Shown piece by piece: positions 50,217 through 59,879 of a stretch of 64,000 nucleotides of DNA. The DNA is from an uncultured Acidobacteriota bacterium (GTDB lineage Bacteria > Acidobacteriota > Terriglobia > Versatilivoradales > Versatilivoraceae), in the NCBI GenBank assembly GCA_963803155.1, contig CAWDMN010000059.1, forward strand, positions 390,570 through 454,569, given 5' to 3'. The notes beneath the pieces were generated by a model. The model was given only the letters and a program-made list of their open reading frames with translations. It was not told where the DNA came from and did no database searches. The first letter of the stretch is position 1. The number at the start of each line of letters is the position of its first letter. Made by a program: the position numbers and the translations under genes.

Positions 50217-50642
50217 ATGGCCAAGATTTTCTGGGACACAAATCTATTCATTTACCTGTTCGAGGAAAATCGTCAATTTGCCGGAAGAGTCGTGGAGATT
50301 AGCAAAGCCATGGTGGATCGCGGAGACCGCCTCTGCACGAGTTGTCTGACCGTGGGAGAGATACTCACAATGCCCATGGCTTGCCAAAGGTTAGACCTTG
50401 TAAACCGTTACCGCTCCTTTTTCCAGCACCCGAATCTGACCGTGATTCCCTTTGACTTTCCGGCCGCTCTTCACTTTGCAAAGATACGACAAGACAAAAC
50501 CATTCGCCCCCCAGATGCTATCCAACTGGCATGCGCAGCCAACCTGGGAGTCGAGCTTTTCATCACGAATGATGAGAGATTATCTAAAAGGAATATTGGC
50601 GGAATTCAGTTTATCACGAGTCTTGATAGAGCCCCCTTATGA
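50217..50642 (+). CDS. vapC: PIN-domain ribonuclease toxin (VapC-like)
   Basis: The acidic quartet is in canonical spacing: D in IFWDTNLFI, E in VGEILT, D in PPDAIQLA, D in FITNDERL. The protein is 141 aa. Confidence 0.85.
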   Translation: MAKIFWDTNLFIYLFEENRQFAGRVVEISKAMVDRGDRLCTSCLTVGEILTMPMACQRLDLVNRYRSFFQHPNLTVIPFDFPAALHFAKIRQDKTIRPPDAIQLACAANLGVELFITNDERLSKRNIGGIQFITSLDRAPL

Positions 50643-50746
50643 TCCTATGACCACTCTGGAAACTCCACTGAGTGTAATTGGTAAATGGAGAAATTGGTGT
50701 CGCACTAGACCGGGTAAGACTCCTAAGATTCATAGCTAAAATCAAG

Positions 50747-50759
50747 CTGGTGCCGCACT
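50747..50759 (+). repeat. right copy of the 13-bp direct repeat bracketing the PIN cassette
   Basis: GCTGGTGCCGCAC, identical to 49267-49279. Confidence 0.6.
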
Positions 50760-50945
50760 ATCCCCCAGCCGACAGCACCCCCCTAGCTGTCAAAACATCA
50801 TTAGCCTAGTCGACACTTTCGGCGAAAGCGCCCTACCTCACAATAGATGGGGACATCCGCCCATTCTTCTCTTTCGTGATAGTAGTGGAATTTCTGGTGT
50901 TGAAACACTGCTTGAGCCTGCCCAAATGTGCTTTTTAAACATTCC

Positions 50946-52838
50946 CTAATTGGCAAGATTTCGACGATACAGAGAATACTGCTCCCGCAACTGGCGAACC
51001 AACTGGCCCATTTCCAGCTGTAACTGGGAGACCTTGGGCAGATCCTGCTTTTCCACGGCCTCGCGAATTTGCGAGAAGAGGGACTTCTGGTGGGAGTCGT
51101 CCCGCATGAGCCGATGCCGCAACGACTGGATTTCTCCCCACCGTTCGACATCCAGTTCATTGGTTTCATCATGAAGCCGCGCACAGGCACGCACAATTTC
51201 CATGTTGTCGGGAATGATCCGATTAACCAACTCCATCTGCCAGCGGGTCAACATGGCTGTCCGGTAAGACTCCACAATATCGTCCGCCAGCACTTGGTCG
51301 GCCGTCATGGCGGCAGCCCGATCCGGATATTTGCCGAGGTTTTCCATGGCTTCCCAAACAGTGGCGGGAGGAATGCCGAACAGCCGCCTCCGCTCCTCTT
51401 CGCGGTAATGTTCGAAAACATCCTCTTCGCTGCGATAAGCGCGGTTCTTCTCCAAATAGGCATCGGAGGCGGTGGGCGCTTTGCAGAAATTCCGCTGCAG
51501 CTCGGCCGCCGATTTCCCGCTGCCAGCGGCATAATTCATCCCATCCATCATGGCCTGATAGAAAGCAGCCAGAGCCAAAAAAGTGTTGGTGTGCGGATTT
51601 GGAGCACGGACTTCAAATCGCGTGGCCAATGGATTCATTTGATCGCGAACCAATCCGGCTAATACGGTGCGGTTGCGCGAGGGAACTGAAACATCATGTC
51701 CAATCGAGGCAACGATGCATACTGGAGCTTCGAATCCGGGTTTCAACCGGCTTAGCGCGTCATTTGTGGCGGTGACGAAGCTGCCCACCACTTCGTAATT
51801 GCGCAACAAACCCATCAAGGCCCCCCATCCCAGCGGACTGAGGAAATCCTTCCGCGGATCGGCGGGCGCGAAAAGGTTCCTTAGAGTTCCGTCTTTCATT
51901 ACCGCCATGATGCTGACGTGCGTATGTTCGCCGCTGCCCGCCACCCCTTCAATCGGCTTGGCCACGAAAGTCACTTCCAATCCATGGCGGCGAAAGACTT
52001 CCTTGATGACAATCCGAGCCAGCAACTCATTGTCGGCCGCCTGCAAGGCCTGGGCGTATTTCCAATCGATTTCCAATTGCTCCATGACATCGGCAAAGCG
52101 GCCCTGTCCTGAAATGGTCGCCTTGACTCCTCCCACTTCTTTGTGTCCCATTTCCGGCGCCAGGCCATATTTTTCCAGGAACAACAAGGATTGTTCGAGG
52201 GCGGAACGAACGGCGCCTTTGGTCCGCTTCCAATAGGATTCCTGCAGGGTTTGGGAGACGGAAAGCTTTTCGGCCTCGACAGCGATGCCCGGTGTTCGTA
52301 CCCAGAATTCCAACTCTGTCGCGGCGTAAAGGCAAACTTTTTCCACTTGATCGGGAGAAATCTCCATCTGAGCGGCCAGACTGGCATTTCCGCGCAAAAG
52401 TTCAATCACCCGCCGCGCCACACTCTCCTGCGCTGCTTTGAGGATGGCCCGAGAATCCACCAGACGATCGCGGTGCTTCAAGAAAGAGGGTATGCGCAGA
52501 GTGCCTACCGGCAGCCTGGTTTCCATATCTTCAAATTCGTAGTTATAGTCGACAATCCAGTTTACCGATGGGTCCGTAATCAAATCCACCTTCCCATCAT
52601 TCAATGTGGCAATGCCGGGCAAGACCACGCTGGAACCATCGGTTTGCACTCCGCCGCTGAGGTATTCGTCGATATTTTTGAGGAAATGATTGGTGGGAAT
52701 TTTTTCATCCGTGTCATTTCCTCCCAGATCCACGGCCGTAAGTGAGACAAATTTAATTTCAGGCCGCACGGTGAATATTTTTTTCAAACCCTCCACATTC
52801 CGCTCCGCCGGGGGAATCAAAAACAGCAGGTCTTTCAC
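50946..52838 (-). CDS. glutamine synthetase family protein (type III-like, 630 aa)
   Basis: GS catalytic-domain signature VAGSGEHTHVSI and surrounding beta-grasp/catalytic layout. The start codon is GTG. Confidence 0.75.
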   Translation of the reverse strand: MKDLLFLIPPAERNVEGLKKIFTVRPEIKFVSLTAVDLGGNDTDEKIPTNHFLKNIDEYLSGGVQTDGSSVVLPGIATLNDGKVDLITDPSVNWIVDYNYEFEDMETRLPVGTLRIPSFLKHRDRLVDSRAILKAAQESVARRVIELLRGNASLAAQMEISPDQVEKVCLYAATELEFWVRTPGIAVEAEKLSVSQTLQESYWKRTKGAVRSALEQSLLFLEKYGLAPEMGHKEVGGVKATISGQGRFADVMEQLEIDWKYAQALQAADNELLARIVIKEVFRRHGLEVTFVAKPIEGVAGSGEHTHVSIMAVMKDGTLRNLFAPADPRKDFLSPLGWGALMGLLRNYEVVGSFVTATNDALSRLKPGFEAPVCIVASIGHDVSVPSRNRTVLAGLVRDQMNPLATRFEVRAPNPHTNTFLALAAFYQAMMDGMNYAAGSGKSAAELQRNFCKAPTASDAYLEKNRAYRSEEDVFEHYREEERRRLFGIPPATVWEAMENLGKYPDRAAAMTADQVLADDIVESYRTAMLTRWQMELVNRIIPDNMEIVRACARLHDETNELDVERWGEIQSLRHRLMRDDSHQKSLFSQIREAVEKQDLPKVSQLQLEMGQLVRQLREQYSLYRRNLAN

Positions 52839-53218
52839 TTCTGTCTCCTCCTCTTTCGCCTATTTATATAAAATCAGTCTAAATGGACCATAAGGAATCT
52901 TGGGATGATTTCAAAAATCAGAGTATACCATGGGGAGTTGTACCCTTCATTATTTTGAACACAAGGATGTGCAATCAAAGGGAGAGAGCGCCAAAGCATG
53001 AGGTAAAATCGCGGCCATGAGCATAAGGCCAATAGAACAACTGGCAAGTGACAGATGGCTTGGAGCGGAGGGAATTGAAGGGAAAAGACTGGCCCCCGCC
53101 GGATCCGGCACGGATATTGATTTTGGTCAGGGCACACCGCCGGGAGAGTTTTGGAGAGGGATTACATCGGATTTGTTCGGCACTGTTGAAACGGAGCCGG
53201 AGGTTTGCTCCTCAGACG

Positions 53219-54454
53219 CTAGTTCTTCGCCAAGCCGCGGCTGGCTTTTTCCAGCTTGAACTCCCGATGCAGAGCCTTAATCGCGTCATTCAGATTTTTT
53301 TCATCAATAATGCAGGCAATACGAACTTCGGAAGAACTGATCAAATCGATATTGATCTTCAGTTTGGCCAGAGTCCTGAACATCCGGGCGGCAACACCGG
53401 GAGTGCTCGCGATTCCCGAGCCGACAATGGAGACCTCAGCCAATCGTTGGTGGCAGACAATTTCTTTCGCCTTCAAATTTTTCTTCTGTTTTTCCAGGAC
53501 TTCCAACGCATGATGAGCCATATCCCGATTGACCACCAGGGAAATATCGTTGTGACCGGCGGCTGCCACGCTCTGAATGATCAAACGAATGTTAATTCCC
53601 TTTTCCCCCAGGGCGGTAAAAACTTGCGCAGCCACGCCGGGGCGGTCAGGGACTTCCCGAATGGCCAATTTGGCGATGTTCTTGTTTCCGGTAACTCCGG
53701 TAATGACGACCTGTTCCAATTTTTTACCCTCCATCACTATTGTGCCGGCGGATTCCGAGTAACTCGGGAGCACATACACCGGAACACCGTATTTCATGGC
53801 TATTTCCACGGAGCGTGGGTGCAACACTTGGGCGCCCGCACCCGCCATCTCAACCATTTCCTGGTAAGAAATATAATCGAGTTTTTTTGCCCGCGGCACT
53901 AAATTGGGATCTGAAGTGAAGACGCCATCCACATCCGTATAGATTTCGCAATGATGAGCCTTTAAGGCCACGGCCAAAGCCGAAGCCGTGGTGTCGGATC
54001 CGCCGCGCCCCAGCGTGGTGATTTCATTCTCTCCACTCACCCCTTGAAAGCCGGCGACAATGACAACTTTCCCGTTCTTCAAATGTTTTAAAATTTTTTC
54101 AGCGTGAATTTTTTGAATTCTGGCGCGGGAATAGTTGCTGTCCGTGACGATGCCGGATTGTAGCCCGGTCATCGATATGGCTTTTCCGCCCTGCTCTTCA
54201 ATCGCCATGGAAAGCAGAGCGATGGAGACCTGTTCCCCCGTCGATAAGAGCATGTCCATTTCGCGCCGCGAGGGCTTGCTGGCGATTGCTTTGGCCATAT
54301 CCACTAAATGGTCGGTCGTATGTCCCATCGCCGAAACCACCACCACCATCCGGGCCCCGGTTGCTTCCATTTTCAAAATTCGGCTGGCCACTCGTTTGAT
54401 TTTGCCAATGTCTCCAACCGAAGTTCCACCATATTTTTGAACCACAATATTCAT
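53219..54454 (-). CDS. lysC: aspartate kinase (monofunctional, two ACT domains)
   Basis: VQKYGGTSVG start, GRGGSDTTA motif, and C-terminal tandem ACT domains. The protein is 411 aa. Confidence 0.95.
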   Translation of the reverse strand: MNIVVQKYGGTSVGDIGKIKRVASRILKMEATGARMVVVVSAMGHTTDHLVDMAKAIASKPSRREMDMLLSTGEQVSIALLSMAIEEQGGKAISMTGLQSGIVTDSNYSRARIQKIHAEKILKHLKNGKVVIVAGFQGVSGENEITTLGRGGSDTTASALAVALKAHHCEIYTDVDGVFTSDPNLVPRAKKLDYISYQEMVEMAGAGAQVLHPRSVEIAMKYGVPVYVLPSYSESAGTIVMEGKKLEQVVITGVTGNKNIAKLAIREVPDRPGVAAQVFTALGEKGINIRLIIQSVAAAGHNDISLVVNRDMAHHALEVLEKQKKNLKAKEIVCHQRLAEVSIVGSGIASTPGVAARMFRTLAKLKINIDLISSSEVRIACIIDEKNLNDAIKALHREFKLEKASRGLAKN

Positions 54455-54674
54455 AGTCTCATCCCGAATCGCATATAAAAATAGCGTAACTCCTCATCGC
54501 CCCTCCTTGTGACAGCCCTGCTGAGTGCGTTTTACGAGGCGTGAAATCTGGCTTTTAGCCGAAAATCCACGGCTTCAGCTCAAACGGACTCACCTTGGCT
54601 GCCATTTGCACTAGGATCGGAGCGGATTCAAGACAATTAATACAAAAAACAGAGCTGTCAGCAAACCGCTGGCT

Positions 54675-56021
54675 TCAGATTTCAATGCGGTACTTCAGAA
54701 TTTTGCGCTGCAAGGTGGGGCGGGAAATTCCCAACAATTCGCAGACTTTCCCCCTATTACCCTGGGCAAATTTTAAAGCATTGACAATGTGTTCTTTTTC
54801 GACTTCGTCCAGCAGCTTGATTTGAGGCACACACCCTCCCATCTCTTGGAGCAAGCTCTCTCCCAGGGTTTCCACGACATGCTCCTCGAGCAGCATGTTC
54901 CCGTGGGTCCGCACCATGGCCCGGCGCAGGACATTTTCCAGTTGGCGGACATTGCCAGGCCAATCTCGCTTGTCCAGCAGTTGGATTGCCGCAGTCTGTA
55001 TTCGCGCGATTGAACGGCCCAGTTCCAGGTTGAGTTTGTGGACCAGATGGTCGATGAGCGGCGGGATATCTTCGCGTCTTTCCCGCAAGGATGGCATGTG
55101 GATGCAAATCACATTCAACCGGTAATAAAGATCTTCCCGGAACAATCCCCGCTCGACCTGCTCGCGCAAAGACTTGTTGGTAGCCGCGATGATGCGAACA
55201 TCGGTCTTGATTTTATCTCTTCCACCTACCCGCTCAAATTCGCGCTCTTGCATGACCCTCAAGAGCTTTACCTGCATGTTCAGCGACATATCGCCAATTT
55301 CATCCAGGAAGAGGGTCCCGGAATGAGCCAATTCAAATTTCCCCAACTTTCGGTAAGAAGCCCCTGTAAAGGAACCTTTCTCATGACCGAACAACTCGCT
55401 CTCCAAAAGCGTTTCCACGATGGCAGAACAATTGATCGAAATGAAGGGTTTGTCTTTGTCGGTGTGGTCGTGGATAGCTCGGGCCACCAGCTCTTTCCCT
55501 GTGCCGCTTTCACCCTCAATGAGCACCGTGGTTTTGCTTTGGGAGACCACGCCGATGGTCTTAAAAATCTCCCGCATCGACCGGCTTTTCCCCACAATAT
55601 CATTTTCGCGATACACTTCCGTGAGCGGAATGGACCCTTTCCCTTTTCGCCCTGAAGCGCTTTTCCTCTTCAGGGAGCGGCGGATGGCCGCCTCCAATTC
55701 ATCGATTTCAATGGGCTTGTGAATGTATTCCACGGCGCCCAATTTCATGGCCTGAACAGTGGAGACCATATCGTGGAATGCCGTGATCATGATGACTGAA
55801 ATCTCCGGATGGTCACGCTTGATCCGCGCCAATAAATCCAGCCCATTGGCGTCCGTCAACGCGATATCCAGCAGGATGATATCCCAGGATTCCCGCCGGA
55901 TTTTTTTTAATCCGTCCTCTCCCGAATAGGCCACCTCCACATTGTAGCCTTCCTCATTTAGGTAGAGGCTCAACGATTCGCAGATGGAATGATCGTCATC
56001 GATAACTAGGATATTGGACAT
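54675..56021 (-). CDS. sigma-54-dependent response regulator (NtrC family)
   Basis: Receiver domain NILVIDDDHSICES; Walker A GESGTGKE; GSFTGA loop; C-terminal Fis-type HTH GNRGKVCELLGISRPTLQRKI. Confidence 0.9.
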   Translation of the reverse strand: MSNILVIDDDHSICESLSLYLNEEGYNVEVAYSGEDGLKKIRRESWDIILLDIALTDANGLDLLARIKRDHPEISVIMITAFHDMVSTVQAMKLGAVEYIHKPIEIDELEAAIRRSLKRKSASGRKGKGSIPLTEVYRENDIVGKSRSMREIFKTIGVVSQSKTTVLIEGESGTGKELVARAIHDHTDKDKPFISINCSAIVETLLESELFGHEKGSFTGASYRKLGKFELAHSGTLFLDEIGDMSLNMQVKLLRVMQEREFERVGGRDKIKTDVRIIAATNKSLREQVERGLFREDLYYRLNVICIHMPSLRERREDIPPLIDHLVHKLNLELGRSIARIQTAAIQLLDKRDWPGNVRQLENVLRRAMVRTHGNMLLEEHVVETLGESLLQEMGGCVPQIKLLDEVEKEHIVNALKFAQGNRGKVCELLGISRPTLQRKILKYRIEI

Positions 56022-56067
56022 AAGGCAACTCGACCCCGCGGAAGGCAGAAATAACAGGACAAAAAAT

Positions 56068-56260
56068 CAGTGGATAGTGGATAGTGAATAGTGAACAGAA
56101 TGGTTGGTCGCGAGATTTGAGGGCTGCATATTGGTTTTCTGAGCAATGAGCAAGGATCATCGTAAATTTTCATTTCGCGCCTGACAATATCCAATATCCA
56201 ATATCCGCTATTCACTATTCACTATTCACTATTCACTATTCACTTCTCACTTATCGCTCG
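56068..56260. repeat. heptamer-armed hairpin element H3 (fills the kinase-regulator spacer)
   Basis: Left arm: AGTGGAT AGTGGAT AGTGAAT AGTGAAC. The right arm has AATATCC x3, then CTATTCA x5, then degenerate 7-mers that run up to the kinase stop codon at 56261. TATTCAC is the reverse complement of GTGAATA. Confidence 0.8.
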
Positions 56261-58288
56261 TCACTTCTTTAATTCATACGGCAGCAAAATCTTAAAGCGG
56301 GTGTATCGGTCCGCTTTGCTGCTGACCTCGATCTGCCCGTGATGCAGCTCGATAATTTTTTTTACAATGGCCAAACCCAAGCCAGTTCCTCCGCTTTTGG
56401 TGGTGTAAAAAGGATCGAAAATTGCGGCCCGATGAATAGCTGGAATGCCGGGCCCATTGTCACTCACCGTAATCTCCAGAAACCGAGTTCTGCCGACTTT
56501 AGTCTCCGCCGTTGTGATTTTCAGCTTTCCACTCTCTGCCATGGCCTCTGAAGCATTTAAGAAAAGATTCGTAAAGACCTGCATCATCCGGACCAGATCG
56601 ATGGAAATGGATTCGAGTTTGGCTCCCAACCGCTTTTGCACTAGGATCCGTTTTTCTTCCAAATGATCCTGAACCATCAACAGGGATTTTTCCATGACTT
56701 CATGTATGTTTTCCTTGGAAAGGTTCAATTGAAAGGCTTTTGAGTAGTCGAAAATATCCTGGAGAATCTTTTCCAGATGGTCAATTTCAAAATTGGCGAT
56801 CGCCAAACGGCGCTGGTCATTGGCGGAAAGTCCTTCGCGTTTGGAGAGTATCCGGATATTCATTTTTACGGAGGAGAGCGGATTCATGATTTCATGCGCA
56901 ACCTGGGTGGAAAGCTTTCCAATGGTGGCGAAACGCTCTGACTCGATCAGTTGCTGACTCAGGACTTTCAGCTCAGTGATGTCGCGGATAATGCCAAGCG
57001 ATCCCGTTATTGCCGCATGTTCATCCCGCAAGAGCGAGGCGGAAAGACTTCCATAAATCTTGCGCCCGTTTTTGCCCAGATATTCAACCTCCACATTGCG
57101 GAGCCGCCCCTTCTTCAAGAGCTGCCACATAAACCGGCGAGCTTCCTGCCGCCCCCGCGCATAGAAATGAGCAGCCGATTTGCCAAGGACTTCGTTCGCC
57201 CGATAGCCGAATATCTCCTCGGCTCCCTTGCTCCAGAATCTGAGGTTGCCCAAATTATCGGCGGTGGTGATGGCATCCACTGAGCTTTCCACCAACTTTT
57301 GCAGAAAATCCTTGGTCCGTTTGCAGTCCTGGTAAATCCGGGCATTTTGGATGACTCCCGCCAATTGCCGGGAGAGAGTCTCCAGAATGTCCTGGTCGAT
57401 GGGATCAAACGCGTTCCGCGCATGGGATTCGACATTGATTACACCGAGGACCTGCCGGCCCAAAATGATAGGGACCGCCAATTCTGATCGCGTGGCTTCC
57501 AAAGCCCGGAAGTAACGGGGATCCTGAGAAACGTCATTGCAGAGGATAGTCTTTCCCGTCTGCGCCACGGTCCCAATAATCCCCTCGCCCAGTTTTTGCC
57601 GATAATCTTTAGGAAACAAAAATCTAGGATCTCCCACCTGCGCATTGAGAACCACTTCGTCTCCACCTTCCCTCAGGAGAACCATGACGTGGTGATAATT
57701 GAAATCACGCTGGACGGCTTTGACCAGAATGGGCAGGATCTTCTCAGGATCCAGGCTGGAAGCCATTTTACGGCCGACATCGTTGAGCAACCGCAGCTGG
57801 AGCGATTTTTTGCGCTCCTGTTCATAAAGTTGAATATTCTCGATGGCCATGGCTGCCTGGGTGGCAAAGAGGGAGAGGATCTTCAGGTCGCGACGGGAAA
57901 AAGCGTCCGGTTGTTCACTTTCAACATCCAACACCCCAATGAGCTTTTTGCCACTCAAAAGAGGGACCGCCATCTCGGAGCGGCCGCGCAACACTCCCCG
58001 GATGTAGCGGGGGTCTTTGCGGACATCCGGCACATAAAGCGGTTTCTTTTGCCGGGCCACCCAGCCCGTGATCCCTTCGCCGCCAATCAAAATCTTAAAA
58101 TTGCGTTCCACCTCGCGGCGGTAACCGCTAGAGGCCACCAGAACAAGTTCCTGGCCGCTTTCATCCACCAAAAGAATGGCCGCATGAGGATAATTGAAAA
58201 GTTCCTGCAAAACCCTGATTAATTTTTCCAACAACTGCCGGGCTCCAGGCGTCACTGTGGCTTTTGTCTTAGTTGGGGTCATAGGCAA
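56261..58288 (-). CDS. GAF-GAF-PAS sensor histidine kinase
   Basis: H-box VAHEIMNPLSSV; G-box GTGLGLAIVKKIIELHHG; two GAF modules and one PAS module upstream. Confidence 0.9.
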   Translation of the reverse strand: MPMTPTKTKATVTPGARQLLEKLIRVLQELFNYPHAAILLVDESGQELVLVASSGYRREVERNFKILIGGEGITGWVARQKKPLYVPDVRKDPRYIRGVLRGRSEMAVPLLSGKKLIGVLDVESEQPDAFSRRDLKILSLFATQAAMAIENIQLYEQERKKSLQLRLLNDVGRKMASSLDPEKILPILVKAVQRDFNYHHVMVLLREGGDEVVLNAQVGDPRFLFPKDYRQKLGEGIIGTVAQTGKTILCNDVSQDPRYFRALEATRSELAVPIILGRQVLGVINVESHARNAFDPIDQDILETLSRQLAGVIQNARIYQDCKRTKDFLQKLVESSVDAITTADNLGNLRFWSKGAEEIFGYRANEVLGKSAAHFYARGRQEARRFMWQLLKKGRLRNVEVEYLGKNGRKIYGSLSASLLRDEHAAITGSLGIIRDITELKVLSQQLIESERFATIGKLSTQVAHEIMNPLSSVKMNIRILSKREGLSANDQRRLAIANFEIDHLEKILQDIFDYSKAFQLNLSKENIHEVMEKSLLMVQDHLEEKRILVQKRLGAKLESISIDLVRMMQVFTNLFLNASEAMAESGKLKITTAETKVGRTRFLEITVSDNGPGIPAIHRAAIFDPFYTTKSGGTGLGLAIVKKIIELHHGQIEVSSKADRYTRFKILLPYELKK

Positions 58289-58576
58289 ATTGGTCTCGAA
58301 TTATGTCCAGATTTCAATTCAGGCAGAATGTTGCAGCCATGAGAGTATAACGCATCTGGAAGGTCGCATCCAGGATTGGAGATTCCAGGATGCAATTAAA
58401 AGTGATCGAGAAGGTAAGCCCCGGATGGCATAATGCGGGAGGAGTTCTCTGCCGGCGACCTCGCAGCAACCGCGCGAGTGATGATGGCCGCGTACTCGCC
58501 TCCCACATTCCGGAGATGTTTCCCCTTCCCAAGAGTTAAAGATCCATCTTTTTTCCTCGCTTTTAATCGCACGCTG

Positions 58577-59752
58577 TCAGAGCCCGGATAAGGCTTCGGC
58601 CATGCGTTCGAGCCCTTTTTCGAGGTTTTCCATGCTGGTGGCAAAGGAGATCCTGACATATCCTTCTCTCCCAAAGGCTGAACCGGGAACCACTGCCACA
58701 CCCGCTTCCCGCAACAACCGCTGGGACAATTCCAGGGAATCCTTCACACTCCCTTTATGAATATAAGCACGGATATTGGGAAAAGCGTAAAAAGCTCCAC
58801 CCGGCTTGGCGCAGGTCAAGCGGGGCATGCGGTTCAGTTTATCGACGACAAACTCGCGTCGGCGCTCATATTCGTCAATCATGATTTCGACTGATTCCTG
58901 AGTGCCCTCCAACGCTTCCAGGGCGGCCTTTTGACACATGGAAGCCGCATTGGCACTGTGGCTTTGCACATCGATGATGGCTTGGGCAATTTTGCTGGGG
59001 GCCACGAGATAGCCGATTCTCCAACCAGTCATGGCGTAGGTCTTCGAGGCAGTATTCACGATGACGGAAAGATGGCGTGCTTTGCCGGCGAATTTCGCCA
59101 CGGAGGTGTGAATATTCCCATCAAAGACAAAACGTTCATAACACTCGTCGAAAATGATGAATAGATTGTGGCCAACGGCCAAATCCACGATGCGCTCCAT
59201 CTCATCGGCTGGAACCACGGCGCCAGTGGGATTGTTGGGAGTATTCAAGATCAGAGCGCGAGTGCGGGAAGTAATCTTCTTCTCAAGGGCGTTCGCTTTT
59301 AGAATGAATGAATCGGCTTCGGTCGTCTCAACTTCCACCGGGAGGGCTCCGACCATCTTGAGCTGCTCCGGAAAGGTCACCCAGTAAGGATTCGGCAAGA
59401 GCACTTCGTCGCCCTCCTCAAATAGGACAAAGGCGGCATTGAAAAGGGCCTGTTTGGCGCCACAGGAAATCACGACTTCCCGCGAAGAATAATCGACCCC
59501 GTATTGGTCCCGGTACTTGAGGGCCACAGCCTCCCGCAAATCTTGGATTCCCGCCGCCGAAACATAGCGGGTAAAATTCTTCTCGATGGCTTCATGACCC
59601 ACCCGCTTGATATTCTCGGGAGTATGAAAGTCCGGCTCGCCCACGCTGAAATCCACCACGTCGCGACCCTCTGCTTTCAACCGGGCCGCTTCTTCCATGA
59701 CCAACATCGTGGGTGAGCTGGATAGGTTGCTGACTCTCTTGGCTAGTATCAT
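58577..59752 (-). CDS. aspartate/aromatic aminotransferase (class I PLP enzyme)
   Basis: PLP-lysine context NTASKTYAMTGWRIGY and the NPNNPTG motif. The ATG at 59752 (MILAKRV) is preceded by GGAGAGGAAG. Confidence 0.9.
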   Translation of the reverse strand: MILAKRVSNLSSSPTMLVMEEAARLKAEGRDVVDFSVGEPDFHTPENIKRVGHEAIEKNFTRYVSAAGIQDLREAVALKYRDQYGVDYSSREVVISCGAKQALFNAAFVLFEEGDEVLLPNPYWVTFPEQLKMVGALPVEVETTEADSFILKANALEKKITSRTRALILNTPNNPTGAVVPADEMERIVDLAVGHNLFIIFDECYERFVFDGNIHTSVAKFAGKARHLSVIVNTASKTYAMTGWRIGYLVAPSKIAQAIIDVQSHSANAASMCQKAALEALEGTQESVEIMIDEYERRREFVVDKLNRMPRLTCAKPGGAFYAFPNIRAYIHKGSVKDSLELSQRLLREAGVAVVPGSAFGREGYVRISFATSMENLEKGLERMAEALSGL

Positions 59753-59879
59753 CTTCCTCTCCATTGATGCCATTTCATGGTATCTGTTGTGTGGCTGCAC
59801 TTATAAGAAGAAAGCCTCTGCTTTTTGGAGGTTGTGAGTATACTGAGTTCCCCGCCAATTGTAAATGTCCATGGCGCAT

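Noticed and set aside
50643-50945. Possibility that the PIN cassette is an integron gene cassette with an attC site.
   Set aside because: I found no RYYYAAC/GTTRRRY core pair and no integrase gene in the window. I saw only small generic hairpins (GACAGC..GCTGTC).
53106-53122. A sigma-54 promoter-like sequence, CGGCACGGATATTGAT.
   Set aside because: The -12 GC element is absent (TTGA instead of TTGC), the first T of TGGCAC is missing, and the sequence points away from any plus-strand gene.
54455-54674. A possible lysine riboswitch (L-box) upstream of lysC.
   Set aside because: Only a CTGTCAC-like fragment is present. The AGAGGCGC start, the five-helix layout and the length expected for an L-box are missing.
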